Assembly: GCA_023515725.1 (NCBI GenBank)
Contig: JALDTO010000044.1
Span: 1 to 23,415 of the forward strand
DNA: 23,415 nt
From: Amoeboaphelidium protococcarum X5
Lineage: Eukaryota > Fungi > Aphelidiomycota
Direction of reading: 5' to 3'
Shown: positions 1 to 11,764 of the stretch, piece after piece
Position numbering within the stretch: the first letter of the stretch is position 1
Layout of the letters: every line of letters begins with the position of its first letter
The notes under the pieces: model-generated
Seen by the model: only the letters and a program-made list of their open reading frames with translations
What the model was told of the DNA's origin: nothing
Databases searched by the model: none
Translations under genes and position numbers: made by a program

Positions 1-696
1 GGGCTATGTGGGGACCCCAATGAAAAGATTGCTGGAGCTTTTTTAAAGTGTACCAATGATCGATTAACCCACATGGATAGAAATTTCGACATTGTATGAA
101 TCGAACGTTGAAATGCTACACAACTGAAATTCTAATTCGCGTCTAATAGTGCATAATTGACACGGACAGCCAGTACTATAAGCGTGTATAGGAATCTAGT
201 TATAATTTAAGAAGGAGCGTATTTTCTAATTTCAGTTTGGTGCATACAGTAAAAGTCTTTCGGCTCAATGTGTGAAAAGGAGCGAATGATGATGATGATG
301 ATGATGGGGCGATCTATAAAATTTCCAGATCTCGGGTGCCCTGTCCGCCTCTCCCGATTCCTTTTTCCCACCAACAACAACAATTTTTCATCGTCATCAT
401 TGCCTCCTGTCCACTTTGGACAAGTTCTGTTTGAGAAAGCTTTCCTTCTTGTTCCAGTCTTGTTTGGTATAATTAATCCTCATCGATTGTCAGAGTTTAA
501 AGACCTCTCTGTCTGTATTCATCTTGGTTAGAATTCTTTGGACTAGCTCTTACGTCTATCTCTTCTTTCTTTAGTGATTTACTACTCCAAACTTGATTGA
601 AGAATATTCTGTTCTAGTGACATTGTCTTCCGTCTTCTACTACTATACAATCGTAGAAATTTATTTCCAAGTATATACACAATAATAAAAATAATT

Positions 697-1977
697 ATGA
701 TTAGTGAATTGGCGTAGAGTTTGGTGACTCCAAGAAGTGGGGATCTGTCTCCGGTGGTTCCATAGAGAATGCAAGGCGACTCTCCTATTGATGGCTAGCT
801 AAGTGGCAATAATACTGCATATATGGGCATATTGGACAAGGTTTCTACACTGTATGAATACCGATCGAAGAATGGCGATGATTTGTCTACTCAGTTGCAA
901 TAAGTGCGCCATTCTTAAGACAGGTAGTATTAGGTGGTTGATGTTCAAGTTCAACAGCTATCACAGCACTCTCTAGTGTCACGTAATGCGAGTGAAGTGT
1001 CTCCTCGTCCGGTTGAGGCGTTTGAGTTTCCTCAATCCGTTGGCGACATGTAATCCACTTACAATGATTACTATCATCATCATCCATTTCAGCAGTCTGT
1101 GGATAATATCAATTAGTCTCATCAGTAATAATCTCGTATCAGATTCATACTGTGTCGACATGGTGAGACTGAGGCTAATAGAGAGCGAGTCTTGCAAGGC
1201 TCAGGTATTAATTAGCCTTTGAACAATCTTGGTGCATTATAAGCTGCGTCTTTGGCTAAAGTTTTGAATCGATACATTTATAGTGCTGGCACTCTTAATG
1301 GCAAGATGTATCTCTACTCCTCTAATATGCTCAGAGCTGAATAAACAGCTGATGCTATATAGAATGAATTTAATGATGACGATGATGGTGGTGGTAATCA
1401 GAATGGTAATACTATAGTGTTGGAAAAGCCCACTGTTGAAGCTATACGTGAAATATCTTGGGGTGACTGGGATGGGAAGAGAGCAGACGCAGATTTAATG
1501 GCGGAGTTGTTGTATGAGTGGTAATCTGGTAATTTTGATGCCAGTGCACCTAATGGGGAATCTCCTCTTTAAGTTGCACACAGAGTTAAGTAATGGATTT
1601 ATCAAGTTATTAAAAGTGTTATGGCGAAGTAGGAGAATAAGTCAGAGCCAGCATCTAATATTTCGTTGTAAGATTCTAGGCAACAGCGACATATGGTGGA
1701 CGCTACCGTGATTGTAGTGGCTCATGGTCGACTCCTCAGGATTATATTGGCATAGTTACTTTAGAATAATCTCCATAACATGTCCTCATTTCACCATCAT
1801 AACTGCTGTATCAATATACTGGATGCATTTTGTACTTAAAGCTAGAATACAGCATCAGCGGATTCAAGTGATGACGACGGCATTTTAAATGTTAATTGGA
1901 TCCCACTTGTACTGGATGGAACAGCTGAAGTTTTGGAGATGATGAGAAGAGAGGAGGCGATTTATAGGTAATCATGA
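697..1977 (+). CDS. Histidine phosphatase superfamily protein (phosphoglycerate mutase-like, branch 1), 426 aa, with a Q/S-rich N-terminal extension
   Basis: Single frame from ATG697 to TGA1975-1977 when TAR=Gln. Motifs: FILCRHGETEAN, YSSNMLRAEQTA (Q=TAA), IREISWGDWDG, APNGES, VIVVAHGRLLR. Confidence 0.9.
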
Positions 1978-2023
1978 CAATATGAATGTCGCTTCTATCT
2001 ATAATTCACAAATATAAATTCAA

Positions 2024-2501
2024 TCAATTATCTCTGTTAGTATTTACACCGTCCAAGTTGGTATTATCATACAACCACTTCATATATGGCTCGGAACCAC
2101 CCGTAATCTACACTTTATTTCAATGATAAATCAGATCTTGAAAAGTCCTACAATATATGACTTACAGGAATAGTTATAAATTCTGGTACTTGATACGAAT
2201 GAATCTTTTTAATCTTATCCAGAAGGAGATTGTTACGCTCCGTTCTAGTTTTAATCACTAAAAGGCACTCGCTGTCTGAGTGAACTTTCCCCTCCCACTT
2301 GAAGATACTCTTCACGGTGGGAACGATATTGACACACGCTGCCAAGTTATCAACGACCAACTCATGAGCTATCTTATCCGCTTCGTTCTAGTTTGGACAC
2401 GTAACCAGGGCCAAATTGAATTAATTTGGCTATTATGAATATTAATGGCTACTCATCGATATAGAACGCGTATACTTGGCGATTGATGGGAAGAACTTCA
2501 T
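2024..2501 (-). CDS. CUTA: CutA divalent-cation tolerance family protein, 139 aa; intron 2108-2165
   Basis: LVTCPN...LAACVNIVPTVKSIFKWEGKV...HSYQVPEFITIP joined to ITGGSEPYMKWL after removing a 58-nt GTAAGT...TGTAG intron. Alternative in-frame start at 2456. Confidence 0.9.
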
Positions 2502-2649
2502 TAAAGACTTGAAATAAAAGAAGGTTTAAGATGAATTTTATCGTCCTTTATTCCAATTGCATTGCGTAGTTATATAAAACCATGTCAAAATCATCCTAGC
2601 CCCTTCATACTAATGAGACAACCAGCAGAATCGCTAATACAGAATAGAA

Positions 2650-5532
2650 TCAAATTTTAACCTTTTTGTTACTCGCTTTGGAAGATGATGCAGATTTAGA
2701 GTTGGCTCGCTTTGCTCCTCCTTTTGCAGCGGATTGTTTGGATGAACTTGCACCAGAATTTTTGGTAGTAGCAGGTTTCTTGGGCTTAATCATCTTGTCC
2801 ATTTCAACACTACCGTCGCCGTCATTATTATCATCATCGCCACCGTCTGGATTCTGTTCCTCCTCCTCAGCGTAGTCTGCATCAGCAAGTTCTTCCAAAT
2901 CAACCTTCATACTCATACCGGTACCTTTGATCTTTTTAGGTATATTCTAGATGGCAAAAGGCGTATTATGAGACTACTTGTTGTACTAACGAGTAAAGGC
3001 AGACTTTACACTGGTTGGAATCTTCTTCATGACTCGATCTTGCTAGTAATCGCCTAAAGACAGTTCCAGCATCGCCTCCCAATCCTCTTTGGACAAATAA
3101 TATTCATCCAATTGAGTGATAACATCTTGTATGGCATCAGCACCATCTCTTATCAGTGGATCTGTAAGACGTTTGACCAACACGGCCATATAGTCTTATC
3201 TCACTTCATTCTTGTCACCAGAGATTTTCAATTTGAGATGCAGAGCCAATTCCTTCAGCAATCTCCAGCACTTGTTAGTCTTGCTGATCTATCCGAGGAT
3301 AGACGGGAAATTCAAGCGCTCAGTCAATGAGCCTTAGGCCAGCGTTACAGGGATAATGGTGGAGAACATTGCATGAGTAGGTAGCAGACTAAACTCTTGA
3401 TTACGATACAGTCTCGCCTCAACAAGATCGCTGGCAGATATAGAATCAGCCGCACTGGCAAGATACTCCAACTACTTCCATTCAAAATCACGGTCACTGA
3501 CAGTATGATCGATTGGCTTCTTCCAAGGCTTTATCTTAATGTAGTTCTCCTAAATGAACGGAGGAACAAGTTGGTAATCGGCAAAGTACAGCTCCATTTT
3601 CTGGTCAATCGACAGTTACTTGCTAGTACCACCACTGAGAAGACGCGTAGATATATCGAAAGGATTCATGTCCACGTCCTTTTTCACAGCTTGACTCAGA
3701 ACCTTACTCTAATCATAGTTCATTTGCTAGTGCTACAACAGACTCCAAGATTACAGAGTATTTAAAACTTAACGAATATCAGACTAAGCAGCTTACACCA
3801 ACTGATCGGCAGCATTAGCTTCAATTTTAAATCCTTCCTTGAAAGCGATAGACATTATACGAGAGCGTATCATTTGAGCAGTTGGTCTTATAAATTTGAG
3901 ATCAAGGCAATAGTTGGCCAAAGAACGCACTTTCGGATGCATTCTATCATTACAAATGCAAATAATTGGAATCTTGGTCTTCTTTATCAACTAAATCAAC
4001 TGTTACATACCCCCTCTGTCACCACCACCCATACCGTCACATTCATCCATAATAAGGCAATGCTTCTTGTTCAGTTGAGATTTTCGATCCGCACCATTAT
4101 CTTTGAAATAGCCAACAATAGACTAGTTGCCGATGAGTTCACTAACAATGTCGTCAACGTGAGCTTTATTACGGACATCACTCGCATTCATTTCAAGCAC
4201 ATCGTAACCACACTCTACTGCCACAATATGCGCAGCTGTAGTCTTTCCAATCCCCGGCGGACCGGATATTAACACTGCACGTTCACCAGAAATTTGACCG
4301 TGCCATTTGTCCAGAAATTACTTCAATCTATCCACATTGGACTTGTTGCCAATAATGTCCTTCATAGAAGAAGGCGCATACTTGACAGTCCAAAGTTCAT
4401 TCGACGCGGCACTGGATTAAGCAGCTTGCTCTGAGCTAAACAACTTTCCTTTAGTAGTACTCTGAAATTCAGCATCTTCAGTCAAGTCTATAGCGGAGTT
4501 GGATGAAGAAGATTACTTGGAAGTCGGAGCCGCCTTTTTAACAGGAGATTTCTACTTGGTCTTCTTAGGAGAGCTTTACTTTTCCGATATAACTTTAGAC
4601 TCTGCTACCGACGTTGATGATCCACCATCCTTGCTGCGATCAATGACAAGTTGAAATAAAGAATCTTCATCCAAAGTTTTAATCTTGTGCTGCTCCACCT
4701 TCTTCAACTTGCTCTGCCCCGGATCAGCGCCAACCACAACATAAGAAGTCTTGGAGGAAGCGGCTGTAGTCACTCTGCCACCATGTCTCTTCACAAGATC
4801 AATCGCGTCCTCTCTAGTGGTGCTCTCAAGTTCTCCCGTGAATACAAAAGTCAGACCCGCCAGACAGTCAGGAGAACCAGACGGCAATTCCTTACTTCCT
4901 GGAGCAGCAGGTCCACTTCTCGAAATGAAATTTCTGAAAGCCTTCTTCTGAGCATCTGAGCGGGGAGTAGGATGCTTACGAGGTCGATCTTCATCTTCAT
5001 TATCATCCTAAACCACAAAATCGTCATCTTATGCCTTCTTAGTTTTTGGCGCTTTCGCTGACACCTCTTTGCTCTCCTTTTTGGTTGGAGTTTTCAATGC
5101 ACCACCGGCAAGCTTTATCTTCTTCTAAGCATGTTTACTATCATCTGATACAACTCCCGCTTCCTTTTTATCCACTTGCTTTTGAGCCGTGGTAGATGCC
5201 TACGTATTCTTCAGACTCGACCACTTCATTGGGGAACCATGAGCAGTGGACGTTCCAGCCGCGGGGGATTTCGATTGCTTTGGAGTATCTGCGGTCAAAT
5301 CCACAACTTTAACACCACTAGTAGGAGCAGTCTTGAACACTTCATCAGGTATATCACTCATGGTAGAATCCAGGACTGCAAACTAGTCATCTCCGGACTA
5401 AGTGGATTTCTTACTAGGCTTGCTCTTGACAAGAGTCTTGTCTGAACGCGCAAATGTTCTCTTCAACTGGTTACCTCCAAACAGGCTCTTCTACATTATA
5501 TTGCTTTACATGTTATCGAAATCATGACTCAT
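2650..5532 (-). CDS. RFC1: Replication factor C large subunit (BRCT + AAA+ + RFC1 C-terminal domain), apparently intronless
   Basis: The minus-strand ORF-track fragments 2650-2916, 3793-3990 and 4576-4887 share one frame and are joined by TAR. BRCT CLAGLTFVFTGELES...GGRVT; Walker A SGPPGIGKTT; EMNASDVR; IMDECDGM; PIICICND; DIRQVLN (Q=TAA). Start is ambiguous among in-frame ATGs at 5532, 5511 and 5496. Confidence 0.95.
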
Positions 5533-5744
5533 GACGGGAGGGGCCAATAACTCTAACCTTATTTTCAGAACTCATCACACTTGTAGATGTAATTATACTA
5601 CGATTACTGTTGTTGCAGTGTTAAGTGAACAATACGTTACAATACAATGAGAATGACGCGGTGGAAAGGAAAGAAGAGACTCTGACGAACATCTGAAACG
5701 CGACACGACACGAGTCTTTCTCTCACTCTCAAATGTCCTTCCAA

Positions 5745-5752
5745 GCGCGAAA
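5745..5752. promoter_or_regulatory. GCGCGAAA E2F/SCB-like element upstream of RFC1
   Basis: Reverse complement TTTCGCGC fits the E2F consensus and contains CGCGAAA (SCB-like). It lies about 215 nt upstream of a replication gene, with ACGCG cores nearby at ~5657 and ~5698. Confidence 0.35.
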
Positions 5753-5802
5753 TATCTTAAACGCCAGGCGTCAAGATGATTACAGTTAAGCTTTACAGTA
5801 TA

Positions 5803-6693
5803 TCACTTTTCGATGAACGCGGAATGACGAGTGATTTACGAGTAGATATTCGTATGAATTAGATCGTCTTATAACTAGGAGCATGCATTCTGCAATTTAA
5901 CTAATGGAGTCTTGTCGTTTATCCGTAAATTCTCAGTCTACACTTACCGCTCAACTTTCGTGATTGTTTCAGCTATTTCTTGCAGTTAGAGACTCTTCTT
6001 GTCTTTAAGCTGCGTAGATTATTCCAAATTTCGCGTCTCAGCCTCTAGACGTTGACATATTGGAATCGTATCATGCAATTACTTTTCATTATTAGAAGCT
6101 AACAGATTGGATTTAGCAATTACCTTGTTATTCAATGTCTCTATTCGCTGTTTATAATACTGAAGAGATGAGCTTCCCGACGATAATTCTGCGTTCAGAT
6201 TACATGAACTGCCGGGATCCAATTAATGCTTTTAGCTTCCGGTAATATCGTTGACGAATAATGCGTACGGATCTTATTTCATGTCATTCATATCCTTGAT
6301 ACTTACCGAGTAATCTAGCCACTTTGAGACACCATCTTCATTCGGTTTATCCAGTAGAATCTGGTTCTAATTCTAACTCAACAAGTGAATGCATGTATCC
6401 CGCAAGAACTTGATCTAATCAGACTAATTCATGTTTGAAGCATCGCATTCAGAAGATGAATAATTAATACTAAATACTCTCTAAAGACGATCAGAAGACT
6501 TGGAATCATAGTATACAAAACCATGCGCAACGCTTTACAAATACACGGCCAGTCGCAAGAAATTTACATATTCCCCGTTATCAATGTACTATTGACGGAG
6601 CTTATTCAATAGTATTGCATCAACATTTTTCAGCTTTTAGACATAACACAGCAGCAGCTGACACTGTTCCATTTAAAGAGAACTTACGGTCAT
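5803..6693 (-). CDS. IFT57: Divergent intraflagellar transport protein 57 (IFT57/HIPPI)-like coiled-coil protein, 296 aa
   Basis: TGA-free frame under code 6. The C-terminus LQEIAETITKVERQVQTENLRINDKTPLVKLQNACSQLQDDL resembles the IFT57 tail (L.EISEELEKVKQEM.E....MTD..PLVKIKQA...LK.E). The N-terminal QKLK...NGEYVNFLRLAVYL weakly matches the IFT57 CH-like domain. The frame stays open upstream to ATG6843. Confidence 0.65.
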
Positions 6694-6961
6694 TGTATAA
6701 CTTAGTGAACTGCAGACAAACTATGATGGAAAGATCGCGTCTCTGAAACCAAAACGCTCAATTATAACTGAAATAATCTGACCAAAAAAGACTCCCCTAA
6801 GCATGATATTACTGATATATAATTGAAACAGATTGCTGATCATATTTATATACATTGATATTGTATATACTTTGAAGTCCGCGCATATGTAAGTGTGGCT
6901 TATGTCAAATTTTCTGATCTTTATTGTCCCACTCCATCTCGAAATTCAAAGCGAAATCAAA

Positions 6962-7768
6962 ATGAAAAATATCGTGTATTTGATCAAATCGACGCGTCAT
7001 TTGAAGCCATAGTCGCCTATTACGTATGTTGGAAAGACAAATTATCTATATCGTCAGCTGCTCATCCACAATCATGACTGGAACCCAGCGTTGAAAGAGC
7101 GAAAGCGCAATCCATGCTTATACACTATCAGGAAATTGTTCTATCAGCCGATCGCAGTGGTGACTGGATTTCCGTCTGAAAATCTGGCTAGTTAATTCCA
7201 ACAGCTGTTCAATAATCAGTATTCTGAGTTGGGTGTCACCTTTAAAGATGTGAAGAATAATCCGTTCCTAATTGATCCTGTCGAGTATAGAACGCGTTAA
7301 CTGGTCAGTGTATGTCGTGATTTTTACAAGTCTACTAGTAGTACAGATCTGGCTCAGTCTCAGTTGACGATACATTGGGATACCGCATTGTGCAAACCAG
7401 ATTTGTTGTACTAATTTCCACCTGACGTTTTGCACGTGGAAGGCATAGATGTTTCTGAGATTGATCAAATGTGCTATGATGAAAACGATTAGGATGACGA
7501 TCGTAATTGGAGAAAGTTTCGAGACTTGGAACTGGCCTAGATCAAGTAGGAGAAGATGGAGCGACTGTCGAAAGAGCTTAGAATACCGGTGGATAACGTT
7601 GATTCGATTCTTCATGATTCCAGAGTGGCCGCAAAGAAGAACTTGCTCTCAAAGAACCAGAAGGTGGCCAAGAAGGCTGTCAAGTATGTTCACCTCATCA
7701 AGAAGGTGCAGCCACTTCAGATCACATCCAATAATAATGACGCGGCATTAAAATAATTAGATTCTTGA
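6962..7768 (+). CDS. SLX1-like GIY-YIG domain protein, predicted catalytically inactive, no RING domain, Lys-rich tail, 268 aa
   Basis: MKNIVYLIKS...TYVGKTNYLYRQLLIHN...IAVVTGFPSENLASQFQQLF aligns with SLX1 VYLL...YVGFTVNTARRVQQHN...VVHGFPSSVAALRFEWAW. The frame is open to TGA7766-7768. An in-frame upstream ATG exists at 6902. Confidence 0.75.
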
Positions 7769-7985
7769 TTTATCATTATGTTATACTGTTTTTATACTCT
7801 TACAGTGCAGTTTCTTAACGCGGATCATCACAGTATTTAATTACCGCATAGAGAGCGGCTGTTTTTCTTTCGTCGATCGCCGTCGCAGGTTCGCTTTTCT
7901 CTTTTACTTTTTGGCCCCAGTTACATAAACGCTATCTCTCCGTAACATTGTACAAGTTATCTGAAATTTATATACATATATAGTC

Positions 7986-9314
<1,329 letters not shown>

Positions 9315-9517
9315 TATATACATTGTGCTGTACGTATTGTTGCTGCTACCTGGTGTCTACTGCTAGCATAACCTTTAATTTGACATTTCGATGGCTTGTT
9401 TCGAATAAAAGTCAGTGTTGTAATTTTCCCAATTAAAACTTGATGTTTATTATGTCAACTGTTCAACTATCTCCTTTACTCTTCAGAAGAGCGGAGTAAA
9501 GCAGCAGTATGCCAGTA

Positions 9518-9976
9518 TCACTTCAAGTATCCGAGCAGACGAGCACAACCGTACAGGACAATACCCAACATACCCAGCTTTGCAGGATACATGAAAGGAG
9601 CGCCGTAGTAACGCTTCTCTGGCCCATATCTAGTATACATGTACCCGTAGACTCCACGACCCACCATGTAGACTGCACCTAGGACAGCACTTGCAACAGG
9701 GGAAAAGACACCGGACAGCAGTTGCAGAGTTGTGACCAGAGTGACGTTCTCGACATAGTTCATGTGCACACGCTGATGGTTGTTAAACTCGGTCCACTGA
9801 GCATCAGTCAATTTAGAAGCGAAGCGGCCCATTCCACTGTCTGGGTACGCAATCTTGTACTTTCTTCTCATGGCACTCACACCGCCAGTAGTTAAGAAGC
9901 ACTGCAGGTTGATACCCACAGCAGCCAGAATAGGCCAGGCGATCTAAGAAGTTAGAACTATAGCAGCAGAAGGCAT
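9518..9976 (-). CDS. MAPEG family membrane protein (microsomal glutathione S-transferase 3-like), 152 aa
   Basis: RRKYKIAYP, FNNHQRVHMNYVEN, GAVYMVGRGVYGYMY, PEKRYYG. ATG9976 is in frame through one TAG. Confidence 0.88.
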
Positions 9977-10143
9977 ATTTATCTTCGAGTAAGTTTAGTA
10001 AATGTACTTTTCAAAAGTGACACGATTAAGCTTTACTTTTGGTAATAATAAAGAAAGGACGTGAGAGTAAGAGAGAGAGAGAGGGTGTTAGAGAGTCACA
10101 GTGAGAGAGGACGCGTTTCGCTTACGACATCGAAACGGATCGC

Positions 10144-10191
10144 TGCGGTTGTTTCAAACTCTGTCAATTGGTAGACTTCACACACCCGCAT
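10144..10191 (+). repeat. Left copy of a degenerate direct repeat (partner 11551-11598)
   Basis: TGCGGTTGTTTCA-AACTCTGTCAATTGGTAGACTT vs TGCGGTTTTATCACAACTCTGTCAGTTGACAGACTT: 30/36 identical by hand alignment. Confidence 0.7.
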
Positions 10192-10406
10192 AAGCTCACT
10201 GTTATAGATCGATAATATTTTTGATGAACTAGTATATCATTGGATGCGCTACAAGCTGGTACCAATGAAATTGGTTATTACTTGAGTGGTGACATTGTTA
10301 CCGACAGTTGAACTCCAGATAACACCATGTGTGGCAACTTTTGCACAATCAATCAACTATAGTGCCACCATATAACATTCTCTACACTCCAGGACTTGAT
10401 AGAACT

Positions 10407-11426
10407 ATGAAGTCGACCATCAAGAATCTATATAGCCTTACTTCAAGTGCGAATTCGCCAGCCTCGAAAGGTGAGATATTTTAGCCAGATTTTATGGCTA
10501 AAGTGTCTGGTACCTTGAGGAGTGATGTTGAAACACTAATACTTGAAAGGATAGGTGTAGTTTTGGATGCTCTTTAGAATGGTACTATTGAAAGTGGTCA
10601 AAGACTGAATAGTGACACTTTGAGGGCCGCGAGAACTCCAATTTTGACTACGCGCAGCCACCCATTGCGCCACTGCGGGCGTCTTAGTGTCAAACTGCTC
10701 ACTCACAACGGCAAAACTCATGCTAAGCATTTGCCGACCGCTTGGGAAATTCAGTATGGTTAAATATATATATTCCAAGTAATTTCCAACTGTGTTCAAG
10801 TTATCCACTGGATGTGCTGTTCCATTCTAACTGATAGAATTGCTCGGTTAACTCTAAGTAAGGCCGCGCGAGCCAGTGTCTAGCCATTAGAATGCGCGCA
10901 GACAACATCAATACTCATGCTGCGCATTCGCCGGTTGCTCAGGGTGATTCAATATGCTTAAAATTGTATGTCTAAATAATTTTGCAAGTGTGGTGAACTG
11001 GTCTGCTCGCTGTACTGTCACATTCTAACCTCTAGAATTTCTCGGGTGGATATTCTAAAAATTAGACTGCTTACTCACAGCTCAAGGACGGGTGCTGCGC
11101 TCTCGCCGGCTGCTTCAGGTGATTTAGTATAGACAATATGGTATATCCAAGTAGTTTTCAAGTTTGCTAAAGTTGCCTACTCCGTGCGCTGTCAGATTCT
11201 AATTGTTAGAATTTCCGAGGCGGATATTCTAAAGTCTGGCCTGCTCTCCCGCAACACCAAAACTCATTCTGCATATTCGCTGACTGCTTTAGATGATTCA
11301 GTATGGTCAATGTATTATATCCAAGTAGTTTTAAATTATGCTGAAGTTGGCGACTCGCTGTGCTGTTACATTCTACTCTTTAGGATCGCTCGGTAAACTC
11401 CAGGTGAGGCGACACCGAACCAGTGA
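10407..11426 (+). CDS. Hypothetical 339-aa repeat-containing ORF (or decaying gene) of unknown family
   Basis: No TGA from ATG10407 to TGA11424-11426. The motif CxILxxRI[AS][RE] recurs 4 times, 58-66 aa apart. No recognisable homology, and parts of units 1-2 are read out of register relative to units 3-4. Confidence 0.35.
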
Positions 11427-11430
11427 CTAT
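10690..11430. repeat. Degenerate tandem repeat array, about 4 units of 174-198 bp
   Basis: The anchor CTGTYM(C/G)ATTCTA has ATTCTA at 10824, 11022, 11196 and 11370 (spacings 198, 174, 174). Shared internal blocks such as ACTCAT(G/T)CT, GATT(C/T)A(G/A)TAT and TCCAAGTA(G/A)TTT occur in most units. Confidence 0.85.
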
Positions 11431-11550
11431 TAAGCAGCATGGGTAATAAGTAAGGTTACAACACCATAAAGCTGCCATTACTCAAAACTTAGTGTATTCT
11501 GATAGTGAAGCACCTGTCCACTCTCCGATCTCAGCCTGGAATGTACAGTT

Positions 11551-11598
11551 TGCGGTTTTATCACAACTCTGTCAGTTGACAGACTTGATCGCCCACAT
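11551..11598 (+). repeat. Right copy of a degenerate direct repeat (partner 10144-10191)
   Basis: Same alignment as the left copy; the pair brackets the repeat island. Confidence 0.7.
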
Positions 11599-11764
11599 TG
11601 CGGCAGAAGCTTCGCATTTAAATGGCTTTAGTGTGATGATCATCACATCAGTATTAACCAAGTGATGGATCTTAAAGCAGATAATACGAAAAGAAAAGTA
11701 TTATAGGAATAAGAATTGTATTAAAAATCAAATCTTGATCCTCTCAGACGACTAGCAGAGTCTC

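Noticed and set aside
1-275. Partial gene at the left edge (minus ATG92 MSKFLSMWVNRS..., or a + strand 3' end with intron 94-149)
   Set aside because: Several competing models, including a long TGA-free minus frame with a weak G-patch-like GIGRGGQG. None can be supported from this window.
268-531. 87-aa ORF with poly-Met
   Set aside because: Produced by a (GAT)n microsatellite at ~286-306 in what looks like promoter/5'-UTR sequence. No recognisable homology.
3112-5445. Several + strand ORFs overlapping RFC1 (and similar ones over VIP1 and RPT3)
   Set aside because: Antisense or alternative-frame shadows of confidently assigned genes.
10690-11430. CRISPR-like reading of the repeat array
   Set aside because: Eukaryotic context, similarity spans whole units with no unique spacers, and no cas genes.
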